A stretch of DNA of 64,000 nucleotides from Geosiphon pyriformis uo1 (lineage: Eukaryota; Fungi; Glomeromycota), in assembly GCA_016748015.1 (NCBI GenBank), contig JAAOMT010000664.1, positions 1,974,576-2,038,575 of the forward strand, written 5' to 3'. Shown in pieces: positions 1-12,839 of the stretch. Both the position numbers and the translations under genes were made by a program. Under the pieces are notes generated by a model that saw nothing but the letters and a program-made list of their open reading frames with translations, ran no database searches and was not told where the DNA came from. Numbering within the stretch: the stretch's first letter is position 1; each line of letters starts with the position of its first letter.

Positions 1-3000
1 ACGCAATAGCCAATGTATCAACCACCCATATATCAACCTCCAGTTTATCAACTGCAGCCACCAATAATATATCAACCACCGCAGTCACACATAATTTATC
101 AGACACCCACAGTTCAAACACTGCCAGCAAATCCAGCTCAAATGACATCAGGAAACTTTAGATCGAAAGTCATCCAGAACTGAAGATCAGCAATGGTTGT
201 TTACCAACTGATTCCCAGTTCATCTAACCAGTCATCAGAACCATGACAGCAGAGTTTAGAAATGGGATATATGCAAAACCTGGGTTTCCAAAACTATTTA
301 AGTCTTCTGGTTATTCCAGAAGACACCCAACCCAATAATCAAGAAACCAACCAAAAACAATTACTTGCCAACAACATACCTCCAGCCATTGTCACCAACA
401 ATAAATCACTAATAGTGATTTTTCCATTCAAACTCAAGGAAACCACACCAGTCCTATTATTTAGTGAAGCTGCTCTTGATACCAAACCAATTACTGTCAT
501 GTACACTGATGCCAAAGTTAATGGCCATGCCATCAAACTGATCCTAGATAGTAGATTAGCTGGCAGTATCATCACATGACAACTCATGGACCAATTAGGT
601 TGCCGAGTTGATTGCACAGCTAGTGCATGCATAATCATTGCTGATGGAGTGACTAAAATTCCAATTGGCGAAATTGACAACTTCTCTTTCAAAGTTAATA
701 GCATTATTATGTCCATCAAAGTTTTAGTGATGAAAGCAACCCAAATATTAAACATTGGTAAACAATGATTGGTTATCCAAAACTAATGCTATACTTTGGA
801 CCACTCAAGAATTACAACTCAGTTAAAATAGATGACACACATGTGTACCAGCCACATGTGGCCACTTCAAAACCACCAACTCGACAACACCACTCATTGA
901 GTTTAAGGAAGAAGAGAGAAAACCTACTTGGAAAGCCTATCAAGTATCATGGACTGAAGCAGATCACAACAAGCTGCCACCAATACTATCATGGAACGAA
1001 CCAGAAAAAAGAAAACAAAGAGAAGAACTCATTTGGGAAACTGAAGATCTGACATGGACCAACAATGACAACAACAAACTGACATTAAATTGGGAGTAGA
1101 AAAAAGATAAAAGAAAAGACAAAAGGAAAGGGAAAGAAAAAGACACCACCCAAGCCAACAACACTTATATCCCAGCCACTTACGCTCTATCACAACAGTC
1201 TACCTACTGCTGACCCAAATTAATATGCACCAATTGCAGCAAGAAATTGTTGTCAATAGGCATATGCTGTGGCAACGATGAGGAATACCAAATGGTGACC
1301 AAATTTTACTACTGCATATGTGTTATAGAACACTTTGGATGACCAAAAAAGCAAGGAAAATGGAACAACAAACCTTGTCTAGCTTGTGGAGAAATCTTAC
1401 TCAATGAAGGAATGTGGAACAACATTCCTAGTCGAGAAGGAACATGTGATGCTTTGTGCCAGTACACGATCCTCATCAGCAACTGGATTAAGAAAGGGAC
1501 TCCAATAAAAGCCGCCTGGAGAAAAGCTGTACAGCAATTAGACAGTTGTCTATATGACAATAACAAGATCTGGAGAATGATGATGGCCAAGATAGAAGGA
1601 GCATCACCTGAAAAAATCAGAGAAATCAAAAACAACCCACCAGAACCCATAGAACTTGACTGGAACCCAGAACCAATCATAAACCTCCTAGATCCAGAAC
1701 AATTCTATGAACATTATCAAAAGCTAGCACCTACGAGAGAAGAGCAGAAACAATGCTTGGAAGAAATAAATACAAAACTATGTAACTATTGTTTAATTCC
1801 ATGTGACTTCTAATATTGTAATGAGTGTAATCTTATTTACAATCTACCATCATGCATGATCTACATGATCCCAAAAGAAAAAAAACCAATCAGCAGCTGC
1901 GCATCAAAATTGGAACCAACTTTTAATCCTGATTCAAACTCCGACAATGATGACAATAAAAACAATGGTTTTAGCTTCACTCCAATTAGCAACAAAAATT
2001 ATAACAATTCAAACTCCAATTCATATCTCAAAACATTTATCGCACTTCCTAACCTCACCAAGGAACAGGAACTTAAATAGTTCAGCAATAATGGTGAAAG
2101 TATTATGTCAGAATGCACACACAATACTGATGCAGGATTTGATCTAAGATATCCAGGGAAAGATCCTCTCAAATTGGAACCACATTTGCATACTTGCATT
2201 GACCTGAAAATAGCACTGAAAATTCTAGCAACAACCATGGTTCAATTAGCATCCAGGAGTAGTTTAGCAAAAAAGGGAATCAACATCAAAGAAGGAATAA
2301 TTAACACAGGATATGTAGAAAATATCATTGCTATGCTACAAAATGACTCAGAAAAAGCATATATCATAGATTCCAACGAAAAGATAGCACAAGCAATATT
2401 CCTACCTCTGGTAAAAGTAGCTCAGCTAGTGTCAGTGGGAAACAGGGAAGAATTAGGGATTACAGCTAGAAAGATATAGGAATTTGGATCAACAGGTAGA
2501 ATAGATATACCAGTTAATATGACAGAGGAAGAAATTGTTAACAAAGGAGAAATTATCTCAATCTGTTAATCAATTTCCATTCCACCATATGACCAGTACA
2601 TGTTAGCCATAAAGAGAGAAATAAAAAATCAAGCTCAGTTGTTTGAAGCAGAAGTCACTATTTGTGAATCAGGAGAGATTGGATTCACTAATTTCTATAT
2701 ATCAGCCAAAAGCCCCAAAAATATTAAAATTCCCATCTACAACACAACTGAAAATGTCATTGAGATACCAAAAAAAACCATTATCAGATACTTAACCACT
2801 GAAGTTGAGGACCAACCACCAAATCACATTTCAAATTTTCCACAACTTTGCAGATATGTGGACATTACATCACAGACTATATACAAATGAAATGAATATT
2901 ATCTACTCCAACCAGAACAATTGGAACATATCAACATGGAGAATCTAGACCCACTCCAACAAATGCAACTAAAGATGTTACTCAGCAATTTCAACAACAT

Positions 3001-4330
3001 CTTTGCAAGTGAAAATGAATTTGGCCACACCAACATCATCCAGCATCAGATCAAAACTAGAGATGCAATGCCAATTAAGCAAAGAGCATACAGAGTACCA
3101 CCAGTTAGCCATGAGATCATTCATCAAGAAATCAATTGAATGCTTAACAATGGGCTAATTCAGTTATTAATGAGTTTATGGTCATCACCAGTGGTACTAG
3201 TCTAGAAGAAGAATGGAAAAATTCACTTTTGTGTAGATTACTGGAAGTTAAATAGAGTAACCAAAAGAGACAGCTACCCAACTCCAAAAATCCAAGAACT
3301 ATTCGATGCTTTTGGAGGAAATAAATGGTTCTCAACACTAGATTTAGATAGTGGCTATTGACAAGTAGCCATGGACCCAACTGACAAAGAAAAGACTGCA
3401 TTCATGACAAGAGAAGGGAATTTCAAATTTGAAGTCATGTTATTTGGCTTAATGAATGCTTCAGTGACATTTCAATGACTTATAAAAATTGTCTATACTG
3501 GATTACTATGGAAATCAGTAGTCATATACTTAGACAACACAAATATATTTTCTAAGACATTTGATAACCATCTACATCATCTCTAACATGTATTTGAAAG
3601 ACTCAGATGAGCAGGATTGAAACTAAATGCCAATAAATGCTTTTTTGGCAAAACTGAGCTTAAGTTTTTGGGACATGTGGTAAGCAAAGATGATATCAAA
3701 ACAGATCCAGATAAGATTGTGATAGTAAAAAACTTTTCAGTACCAACAAACTTGTTAGAACTAAGGGCATTTTTGGGATTCACAGACTATTATTGCCATT
3801 TCATCAAGGACTTTTCTAAACTAGCCCAGCCACTTCACTATCTACAAACCAAGAATGTGAAGTATGAATGGATTGAAGCTCAACAAAAAACATTTGACAC
3901 ATTGAGAAAAAAACTTATTCAAGCTCCAATGTTGATGTATCCAGACCACAGCAGATGATTCATCATTACTACAGATGCATTAGGTCAAGCATTGGGAGCA
4001 GTACTATCACAGAAAAGACCAGATGGAAGAGAACATCCAGTAGCTTACACCAGTAGAAGCTTAAGTCCAGCCGAAAAGAACTATGGAACACCAGCACTGG
4101 AACATTTAACAATTTATTGAGCAGTCATAAAATGGAGAAAATACTTGAACCAAAAGTTTGAAATATATATAAACCACAAGAGATTGACTTCAATTCAGAA
4201 ACAAAAATTTGCAGACAATTGCCATGCCAGATAAAAAATAGAACTTTCACCATTTAATTATACAGTACATTATAAAAAAGGAAAAGACAATGAAAATGCC
4301 AATGGATTGTTGTGAATGAGACAAATCTAA
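1..4330 (+). pseudogene. A ORF1 remnant: gag tail, aspartic protease, Cys-rich domain, dUTPase, RT, RNase H
   Basis: ORF fragments at 1412, 2105, 2600, 2921 and 3617 share one frame; motifs AGFDL/ASRSSLA/KIAQAIF/FGSTG, FCVDY, YLDN(D), KCFFG..FLGHVV, TDALG, ending ANGLL*MRQI TAA at 4328-4330; many stops consistent with CGA/CAA/TGG mutation. Confidence 0.9.
2105..2497 (+). pseudogene. dUTPase domain of element A
   Basis: All five trimeric dUTPase motifs recognisable: DAGFDL, ASRSSLA, GIINTGYVENI (GIIDxGYxGxI), KIAQAIF, TARKI*EFGSTG. Confidence 0.92.
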
Positions 4331-4788
4331 AAACATTTCAACCCAAAAATATAACAAAACATGAATACACAAAAATACCAACAACTTCAACATTATATAA
4401 ATATTCAATTGTTCAAGGAAATTATCTCAAAAAGAACAAAACAACATAAAACAACAATCAAAATATTTTATCAATCATCAAAATATACTTTACTGAAAGA
4501 ACAGAAAAAATCCAGATCAACCAACCAGAGTAATCACAGAACCAAAGAAAGAGACAATATTATTCAACATGCACTCAGACCCAATAGCAGAACATTTTCA
4601 TAAAGAAGCAACCATGGAAAAAACCAGAAAAAAATACTATTGGCCATCAATGTATCCAAACATCATCCAATATGTTCAAAATTGTAATGCTTGTCAGAGA
4701 AGAGAAAGAACAAGACCCAGTGAACCATTAAGATCAATCAAAGTGGGACAACCATTTGATCACATTGGAATTGACTTAGTCAGACCAT

Positions 4789-5769
4789 TGTTACCAAACA
4801 AAATTAGAGATATTATTTAGCATGAAATTATCTTATAAATCCTATCATTAATTAGCATATATTATCGTTTCAAATTATCACTTATTACATTAACAAAATG
4901 TCCAAAATTATCATTTAATTAATAACCCAATTTGTACACAACACAAATATAACCTAATTGCGATAATCAAATCATGCAATACCCCGAACTATGTAACATT
5001 CAAAAGTTCACCAAAATTTGTAGAAATTTGCCGAAATAATTGATAGTTCATTGAAATATCTAATAGTTTGCAGAAATAACTTGTAGTTCACCGAAATGTA
5101 TCTTTAGTTCAACAAAATTGTAGAAAATAGCAAAGTTCAAGTTCATAGAATAATGTTATGACAAGTTGTATAAAAGAAGAGCATCTCTTTTTGAGAAAAT
5201 GTATCTTACTTTAGATTTATCTCTTAAAACCGTTCCTATACACACAAAAAGAAATAAATATCAAATAATTCGAAAAAACCAAATTTTTTAATTATTGTAC
5301 TTGGAAAATCCCCAAAACCCAACTAACGTTTTGAAATTGATTAGCTACCAATTTCAGTAAACTGTTAGTGACTCCAGGCCTGGATAGAAAAACGTTTCTC
5401 TTGATAAAATCCTATTTCTTTTACATTTCTTTTCTTTTTTTTTTTTTTCTTATTACAATTATTAGGGTAGCCTACAGACGAGATTCTTGTAGAAGAGTTG
5501 ACTTTTACAGTAAAGTAACTACACATTCTTAGTAAGCTTCCAGACGAGCAATTCCTGGGAAAGAGTTGACATTTATTACAACGTAACTACATAAAGCAAC
5601 TGGCATGGAATTGGCCATTCCACTCATAAGCTCAGCAAGTTCAAATTATAGGAGATAATTTGAAGATAAATTCAGTTACTGGAGGTTCAACTACTTTCTG
5701 GAAATGTGAATTTACAACAAATCAACATTAACAACATTTAAGAAAAGAGACCAAAAACCTCCGGTAACA
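4789..5769 (+). repeat. B 5' LTR
   Basis: Starts TGTTACC, ends GGTAACA; colinear with 13597-14577; TATA-like TGTATAAAAG near 5167. Confidence 0.96.
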
Positions 5770-5771
5770 TT

Positions 5772-5785
5772 TGGTGCTCTCCCAC
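5772..5785 (+). promoter_or_regulatory. Primer-binding site of B (TGGTGCTCTCCCAC)
   Basis: TGG (complement of tRNA CCA) 2 nt after the LTR end; decayed equivalents follow the 5' LTRs of D (~44061) and E (~28693). Priming tRNA not identified; tRNA-Thr-like is a guess. Confidence 0.8.
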
Positions 5786-5815
5786 AAAAATAACACAGCA
5801 ACAACAAAATTCAAA

Positions 5816-8800
5816 GTGGCAACCACACCAGACGCAACAACTCTAGAGTATTACCAATCAATTTACACCCACTGCAAGCAAAGATTCAACATTTCAGATG
5901 GAATTGAAGTTGTCAAGAAATCAGTATACCAATACATTGAAAACTGCATTAACAATTATCTTTTTGGAAATTACAATATCTCAGAAGTTAGAAGCAATCT
6001 TTACAATAATTTAGCACACTATTCACAGTTGGAAACTGAAGACCTTAACAGCAAAACATTTGCCACTTACTTTCACAAACTTAATTTTAACATTATCAAA
6101 TACTGTGAAAAAACATATCCAGTGCAGTCTCAATACTCTATTGATTTTGAATCAGAAACAGAAACAAGTAACAAAGGCAAAAACAAATTAAAGCAATACT
6201 CAAAAACCACCCCAAATACTCCAACACTACCAAAAACAACTGCCAAACATTTACAAACACCTGAACAAGGAACCAGTTTAAAACTTCCACTTACTATCAC
6301 ACCTTTTCCAGCTTCACTTACACAAGCACAAATGTCTAATTTACCCTTGAATCAATTTGCAAGACCAGAAGATTTTACATCACTCAGAAGTTCCATCAAA
6401 CAACAAGAACCCTTTCAAACTAGTTCCAATCTCCTTGACTTTCTAGCTGAAAATCAAAGTGAACACTTTGAAACAGCAGTAAATGAAGAAAATGAACCTG
6501 AAATATCTAAAGAAGAATTAATAGACAGTGAAAACGAAGAAGACAAAATGACAACATACATTGCAAAAATCCCTGAATTTAATGGAGAAGACATTGAGAC
6601 CAGTCCCCAAGAATGGCTTGACCAAGTTACTAAAGCTGGAGATGCAAATGGATAGAATGCTGCCAGAATGTTAAAAACAATTCCCTACTTTCTCAAAGAA
6701 ACAGCAAAAGAATGGTTTGAAAACTTGGCCACCCCATTCAATAATTGGAATGCTTTCAAAGCAGCCTTTCTTGAACAGTTTACCGACAATAATACCTCCA
6801 TCGCCCTTCGCAACTGTTTTCAAAATATCAAACAAGAACCCTCTGAATCTGTTATGACTTATATTGGGAAATTCAACAAACTTCTCAGACGAATTTGCTA
6901 ACTCAAAACAAACGATTATTATTCCAATGCTCAAATCTTGGATCAATTTATTGCTGGTCTAAAAGATAAACTAATTAAAAAGATTCACCCACATGCGCCA
7001 GAAGATTTAAACTCTGCCATACAGCATGCGAAAAGATACGAAATGGTCATGGAAGAAGCCAATTGCACAAAACTTGTAAATTTGGCAATTGGAGAAACCA
7101 GCTCAGCAGTTGAGGAAAAAATTGACCAACTTACAAAGAAGATTGAAAACTATTTTACCAATCAACAACAATAGCAACCCCAAAGATATCAACCACCCCA
7201 AAGATATCAACCACCCCAAAGATGAAATCAAAATAACTTTGCACTACTTTCCAATAACCAGCCTCAAAATTGCCATTACTGTAGAATCTCTGGCCACTGG
7301 AAAAGAGATTGCAGAAAGCTACAATGAAACCAACAAAATAGGAGTAATCAACGTTATCCTCCACTACAGCAATCTTATTATCAACCACCACCACCAGCTT
7401 ACTATCTACCAAGATCCCAATACCAAAATAACTATTATCAGTCTGTCCCACAGCCAATCCAACAGCAATACCAACAACCACCCACACAACATTATTAAGT
7501 ACCTGCTTGAAGACTGATTACACAAAATCAATTCACATTACAAAACTGATACCAAGTAAACAACAATAGAATCAGTTCAAACAACCAATTGGTTCCCCGA
7601 AATTCCACTCAACCAAGACCCAACCACTACCACACTTAACTCAGTTATTTAACAATGCCAGAAGAACAGGATTTTTACCATACTGCACCCTCGGAAGGTA
7701 GTGCTGCAGCACAACAACAAAACCCTTCCTATACTCCCACTACAATCCCACCAGCCAGAATTGCTGAAAACACTAACATTTCAGATATATTCCCTTTTGA
7801 GTTCGAAGCAAATGAGTCCCCATTCCTGCTTAGTAATGCAGCCGCCAATAAACAAAAAGCAATCACGGCTATATATACTGAAGCAGAAGTTGAAGAAAAG
7901 ACAATTTGCTTGATTCTAGACAGTGGATCCACCGGAAGCATTATTACTTACCAGTTAATGCAACAGTTAAAGAGAAATGTCAACCAACCAGCTCAAACAG
8001 TAATTGTCACTGCTGATGGCATGAAAAAGACCCCAGTAGGAGAAATTAACAATTTTTCATTTACTCTTGATGGAATCACCATTCCAGTCAAAGTTCTTGT
8101 AATGGACGCATCCCAGTACCAAGCTCTCATTGAAAATGATTGGCTTCAAAAAGCCAATGCTAATCTGAATTGGAAAACACAAGAGTTAACAATTTCCTAC
8201 CAAGGACAACATGCCCAGGTACCTGCCACTTGTGGTACATTCAACAAATGCTCTGAAAAAGCCCCGGCTTTTGAATTCAAACCGGAAGAAAAAAAACCTT
8301 TCATTGAAACATTCATGGCTCTTGGATCAACATCCAACTGGGCCGATGAAACAAAACAAGAACATTTTACCCCACACTGTGAACCTGAAACCTCTGGATA
8401 GAATATAGCTTACTCAAAACCCGAACCAAGGAAACAATGCCTCTATATTCCTCTTAAATGTAAGGACTGCCACAAGAAACTATTGTCAATGGGAGCCTGC
8501 ATTTCACCTGAAAAAGAATATGAAAATCATACTTGTTATTACTACAAAGCTTGCTACAGAGAATGATGGGGCCATCTAATAAAAAGGAGCAGAAAATGGG
8601 ACAACACCCCTTGTTTGACTTGTGGAGATATGCTACTGGAAGAATGCAATTAGATTGATGTAGCCATGAGAGGAGAAGTCTGTGATCAGACCTGCCAATA
8701 TGCTTTATCAATTTCAGAAAAAGTAAAAAGAGGAACACCCTTTAATGCGGCATACAACAGTGCTCTCAACAAACTTTATCACTACCCCCATAATGCCGAG

Positions 8801-11454
8801 ATGATTTTCAACCTAGCAATGGCATTAATTAATGGAGCTACCAAAGAAGATGTTCATCAAATGAAAGAAGCAGAATATATTGAATACATCATGGAATTAG
8901 CTGGATTCGATTACAAAGACAAAGTAGAAGTCTACCACCAAATTGCAAGTCACACCTACCCAACCCAAAAAGCTCAAATTCAATTATTAGAGCAAATAAA
9001 CATTAGGCTATGTGAAGAATGCATTATGCCTTGTAATAAACAGTGGTGTTCTGAATGCTATGCTCTTAGTATCCCCTTGCCCAGCAAAAATAATGAGAAC
9101 GAAATTGAATTTGGAGAATCTGAAGCAACAGAAGAAATTGAAATGACACCTATTTACCTTATCAAAAATCAGCCTGCTTTACAACTTAAATACTTCAACA
9201 ACAATGGACAAGGAATAAAACCTGAAAAAGCACACGAAATTGATGCTAGATATGATCTAAGATATCCAGACAAGAATACTCTTGTTCTCAAACCCAAATC
9301 TCTCACAAAAATCAATCTCAAAATTGCACTTAAAATCCCACCAAGAGCAATGGTCCAAATTACCTCCCAGTTCTTTCTGGCAAGCAAAGAAATCAATGTC
9401 AGAGGAGGAATAATCAATGCTGGATATACTGGAGACATTACAGTGATGCTTCAAAATGAAAATGACAAACCATTCAAGATTGAACATGCTAAAAAAATTG
9501 CCCAAGCTATTTACCTACCCCTAATCAACATTTCGGGTTTACAACTAGTCAATCAAAGAGAACAATTAGGAAAAAGCGATAGAGGAATCTAAGGTTTTGA
9601 TTCAACTGGACGATTCACAGTTCCAGTTAATATAGCTCTTAACACACAGAACAAATTCTACCAGATTCTCAGACTTCCACAACCAATTACCATCTTACCC
9701 TTTGGAAAACATCCAGAAATCTACATCTGTCCAAAGCCAACAACCACACAACAAATTTTTGAGTCCAATGAACAAGTCTGCTTGAAACATAATATTTTGA
9801 TTCCAAACATTTATATTTCAGAAGGAACAAAAAAAGTCCAAGTTACTTTTTACAACCCCAATAATTACCCCATAATTTTATAAAAAAAAATTTAGAAATT
9901 GGAGTTATTTACAGTAATATATTTCAACAAGAATTACCCCAAACAGTTCCCGATTTCTCTGAAATTATTGGACATTCACTACCAAAAATCCACCCAAACC
10001 CCAGCTCCGAAAACTACTATGTTGTTATGGAAAAACTATCTCGAATCAACATGGGACAACTTGAACCACAACAACAAACCCAGCTCAAAGAGCTAATTGC
10101 AAAATTTGCCGATATCTTTGCTGAAAACAACAATGACTTAGGAAGAACCGATTTGATCCAACACCAAATTTATACAGGAGATGCCAAACCAAGAAGACAA
10201 TAAGCATATTGAGTTGCTTTAGAAAGCCACCAATTCATCCAAGAAGAAGTACAACAAATGCTTAACAATGGGCTCATCCAACCCTCCATGAATCCTTGGG
10301 CTTCACCTGTAGTGCTAGTTAAAAAGAAAAATGGAAAGATCCAATTTTGTGTTGACTATCGACAACTCAACAGTGTTACAATTGAAGATGCCTACCCCCT
10401 TCCCCGGATTGATGACATGTTAGATGCCCTTGGAAAATCCAATTACTTTTCAACACTAGATTTAGAAAGTGGTTACTGGCAAGTTGCTATGGATCCCAAA
10501 GATTGCTTCAAGACAGCATTCACCACCCAAGGCGGAAATTACAAGTTCAATGTAATGCCTTTCAGATTATGCAATGTACCAGTAACGTTTTAGAGATTAA
10601 TGGATGTTGTGTACCAAAGATTTCTTTGGAAGTCAGTAGTTATTTATCTTGACAATACTGATGTTTATTCTCTATCATTCGAATTACACTTAAAACACTT
10701 GTGAGAAGTTTTTCAACGATTATGAAAAGCAGAACTAAAACTCAACATCAAAAAATGCTACTTTGGAAAAACAAGCTTGGCCTTCCTTGGGCATATTGTT
10801 AGTAAAGATGGAATCAAACCAGACCCTGGAAAAATCAGCATTGTCAAAAACTTCAAAACTCCTCAAAACACTACAGAACTAAGAGGATTCATAGAGTTAG
10901 CCTCCTACTATTGGAAGTTTATCAAAGGATTCTCAGAAATTGCAAAACCCCTCAACCAGCTCATCACCAAAAACGTTGAATACAAATGGACTACCAAACA
11001 CCAAAAAGCTTTTGAAATTCTCAAGGAAAAACTGACAACAGCTCTAATCCTCACCTACCTGGATTTTAACAACCGATTCCGATTAGCAACAGATGCCTCT
11101 TATACTGTCTTTGGTGCTATCCTATCACAATTGAATGACAATAAAAATGAGTGAATAATTGTCTATGCCAGCAGAACATTAAAACCAGCTAAGAAAAATT
11201 ATCTTGCCACAGAACTAGAAACAGCAGCCGTAATTTGGGCCTTACATCACTTCAATCTTTATCTCAAGCCTAAAGAATTTGATATTATCACTGATAATAT
11301 TGAACTCAAATGGCTTCAGAATAAAAATACTCAGCTGAATGCAAAACAAACCCAATAGACAGGATTTCTAGCAAACTATCAATACATAGTACATCACAAA
11401 CCAAAAAAACTCCACACCAATGTTGACTGTCTCTCCAGAATGAAACAAGATTAG
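5816..11454 (+). pseudogene. B ORF1: Gag (capsid-like plus CCHC knuckle)-protease-Cys-rich domain-dUTPase-RT-RNase H
   Basis: IPEFNGED..PQEWL, IKQEPSESVMTYIGKF, CHYCRISGHWKRDC (~7270), LILDSGSTGSII, GGIINAGYTGDI, WASPVVLV..FCVDYRQLN..DAYPLPRIDD, LATDAS, stop TAG 11452-11454; gag to dUTPase fragments share one frame. Confidence 0.92.
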
Positions 11455-11528
11455 AAAACACAAAAAAAAAAAAAACAAAAAAAAAACCAACACTCAACTT
11501 AACCAACCAAAAGAGCCAACAAAAAAAA

Positions 11529-12839
11529 ATGAATTCAGAAAACTACAACAATCTCAAACAATATTTGGAAACATTAACAATCCCAACAGATTGGTCTCCA
11601 GATGAAAAACATTGACTACAACAACAAGCCAAACAATATTTTCTACACAACAACATTATTTATTATCAAAATTTCAAAAACCCAAACAAACCACTCAGAT
11701 TAATACAAGAACAAGAAAAAGAGACCATATTATACAACATGCACTCAGATCCTTCATCAGCACACTTCGGAAAAGATAGCACCACCCAAAGAACACTAGA
11801 ATACTACTTTTGGCCTTGAAAGAAAAAAGACATTCACTAATATGTCGAATCTTGTAATAGTTGTCAAAAAAGAAGAGGAACACACCTTACTGAACCATTA
11901 AATCCAATCAAAGTTGGACAACTCTTTGACTGAGTTGGTATCAATTTAGTTAGACCACTATTTATCACCACTCAAGGAAACCGTTATATTGCAGTAGCTG
12001 TAGACTATCTTACTAAATGGCCTGAAGCCAGAGCCATTCAACGAGCAGATGCAAAATCAGTAGCAAGTTTCATCTACAAAGACATCATTTGTAGACATGG
12101 ATATCTAATTGAACTTTTATCCGATCAGAGGACACACTTTGTGAACAACCTGATATAAGAAATTTGCAAACGATTCAATGTCAAAAGACCTCTGTCTTTG
12201 CCCTACCATCCACAAACAAATGGACTTGTGGAACATTTTAACAGAACATTGTGTGAGTCATTAGCCAAAGTTTCAACTGATTTTGAGCAAGAGTGGGATA
12301 TCTTTATTCTATCAGTGTTGCTAGCATACAGAACACTAAAACAAGATACCACAAAACACACATCATTTGATTTAACTTACGGAAGGACAGCAACATTACC
12401 AATTAGTTTCACAGTGGAAACATACCCAGCACAACCAATTGATGAAAACAATTTCCAAGAAATGCTTTAGCAAAGAGCCTACATTCTGCTTAGCACATTA
12501 GAAGGAAAACGACAAATAGCAGCCACCCATATTGAATACTCCCAAGCTCAACAAAAAGAATGGCATGATGACAAATTGCCTCCAGTCACCAATGAATTTA
12601 AAATCGGAAACAAAGTTCTCTTACACAGAACTAAAGCTGAAAAACAATGGAGTGGAAAATTTGAAAATAAATGGGATGAACCATTCTTTATCCATGAAGT
12701 CCTAGGCAACGGATCATACAAGCTAAGACTTGATGACAAAATTCTAGCAAAAGTTGCACATGGAGATCATTTGAAACACTATCATTCCAGAAACAATCCT
12801 GAACCATTAATTCCACAAATTGGTACACATTCCTCTTTA
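11529..12839 (+). pseudogene. B ORF2 integrase
   Basis: ATG 11529 after a 74-nt A/C-rich spacer; MHSDPSSAHFG, CNSC, VDYLTKWPEA, PYHPQTNGLVEHFNRTL, KWDEPF; 3' end lost in the N gap. Confidence 0.9.

Noticed and set aside
7175-7225. Tandem CAACCACCCCAAAGATAT repeat
   Set aside because: Ordinary slippage in the Q/P-rich gag linker (QPQRYQPPQRYQPPQR).
339-9505. Minus-strand ORFs overlapping pol (339-755, 1309-1680, 7155-7487, 9169-9438 and others)
   Set aside because: Antisense shadows of the plus-strand retroelement frames; no recognisable motifs.
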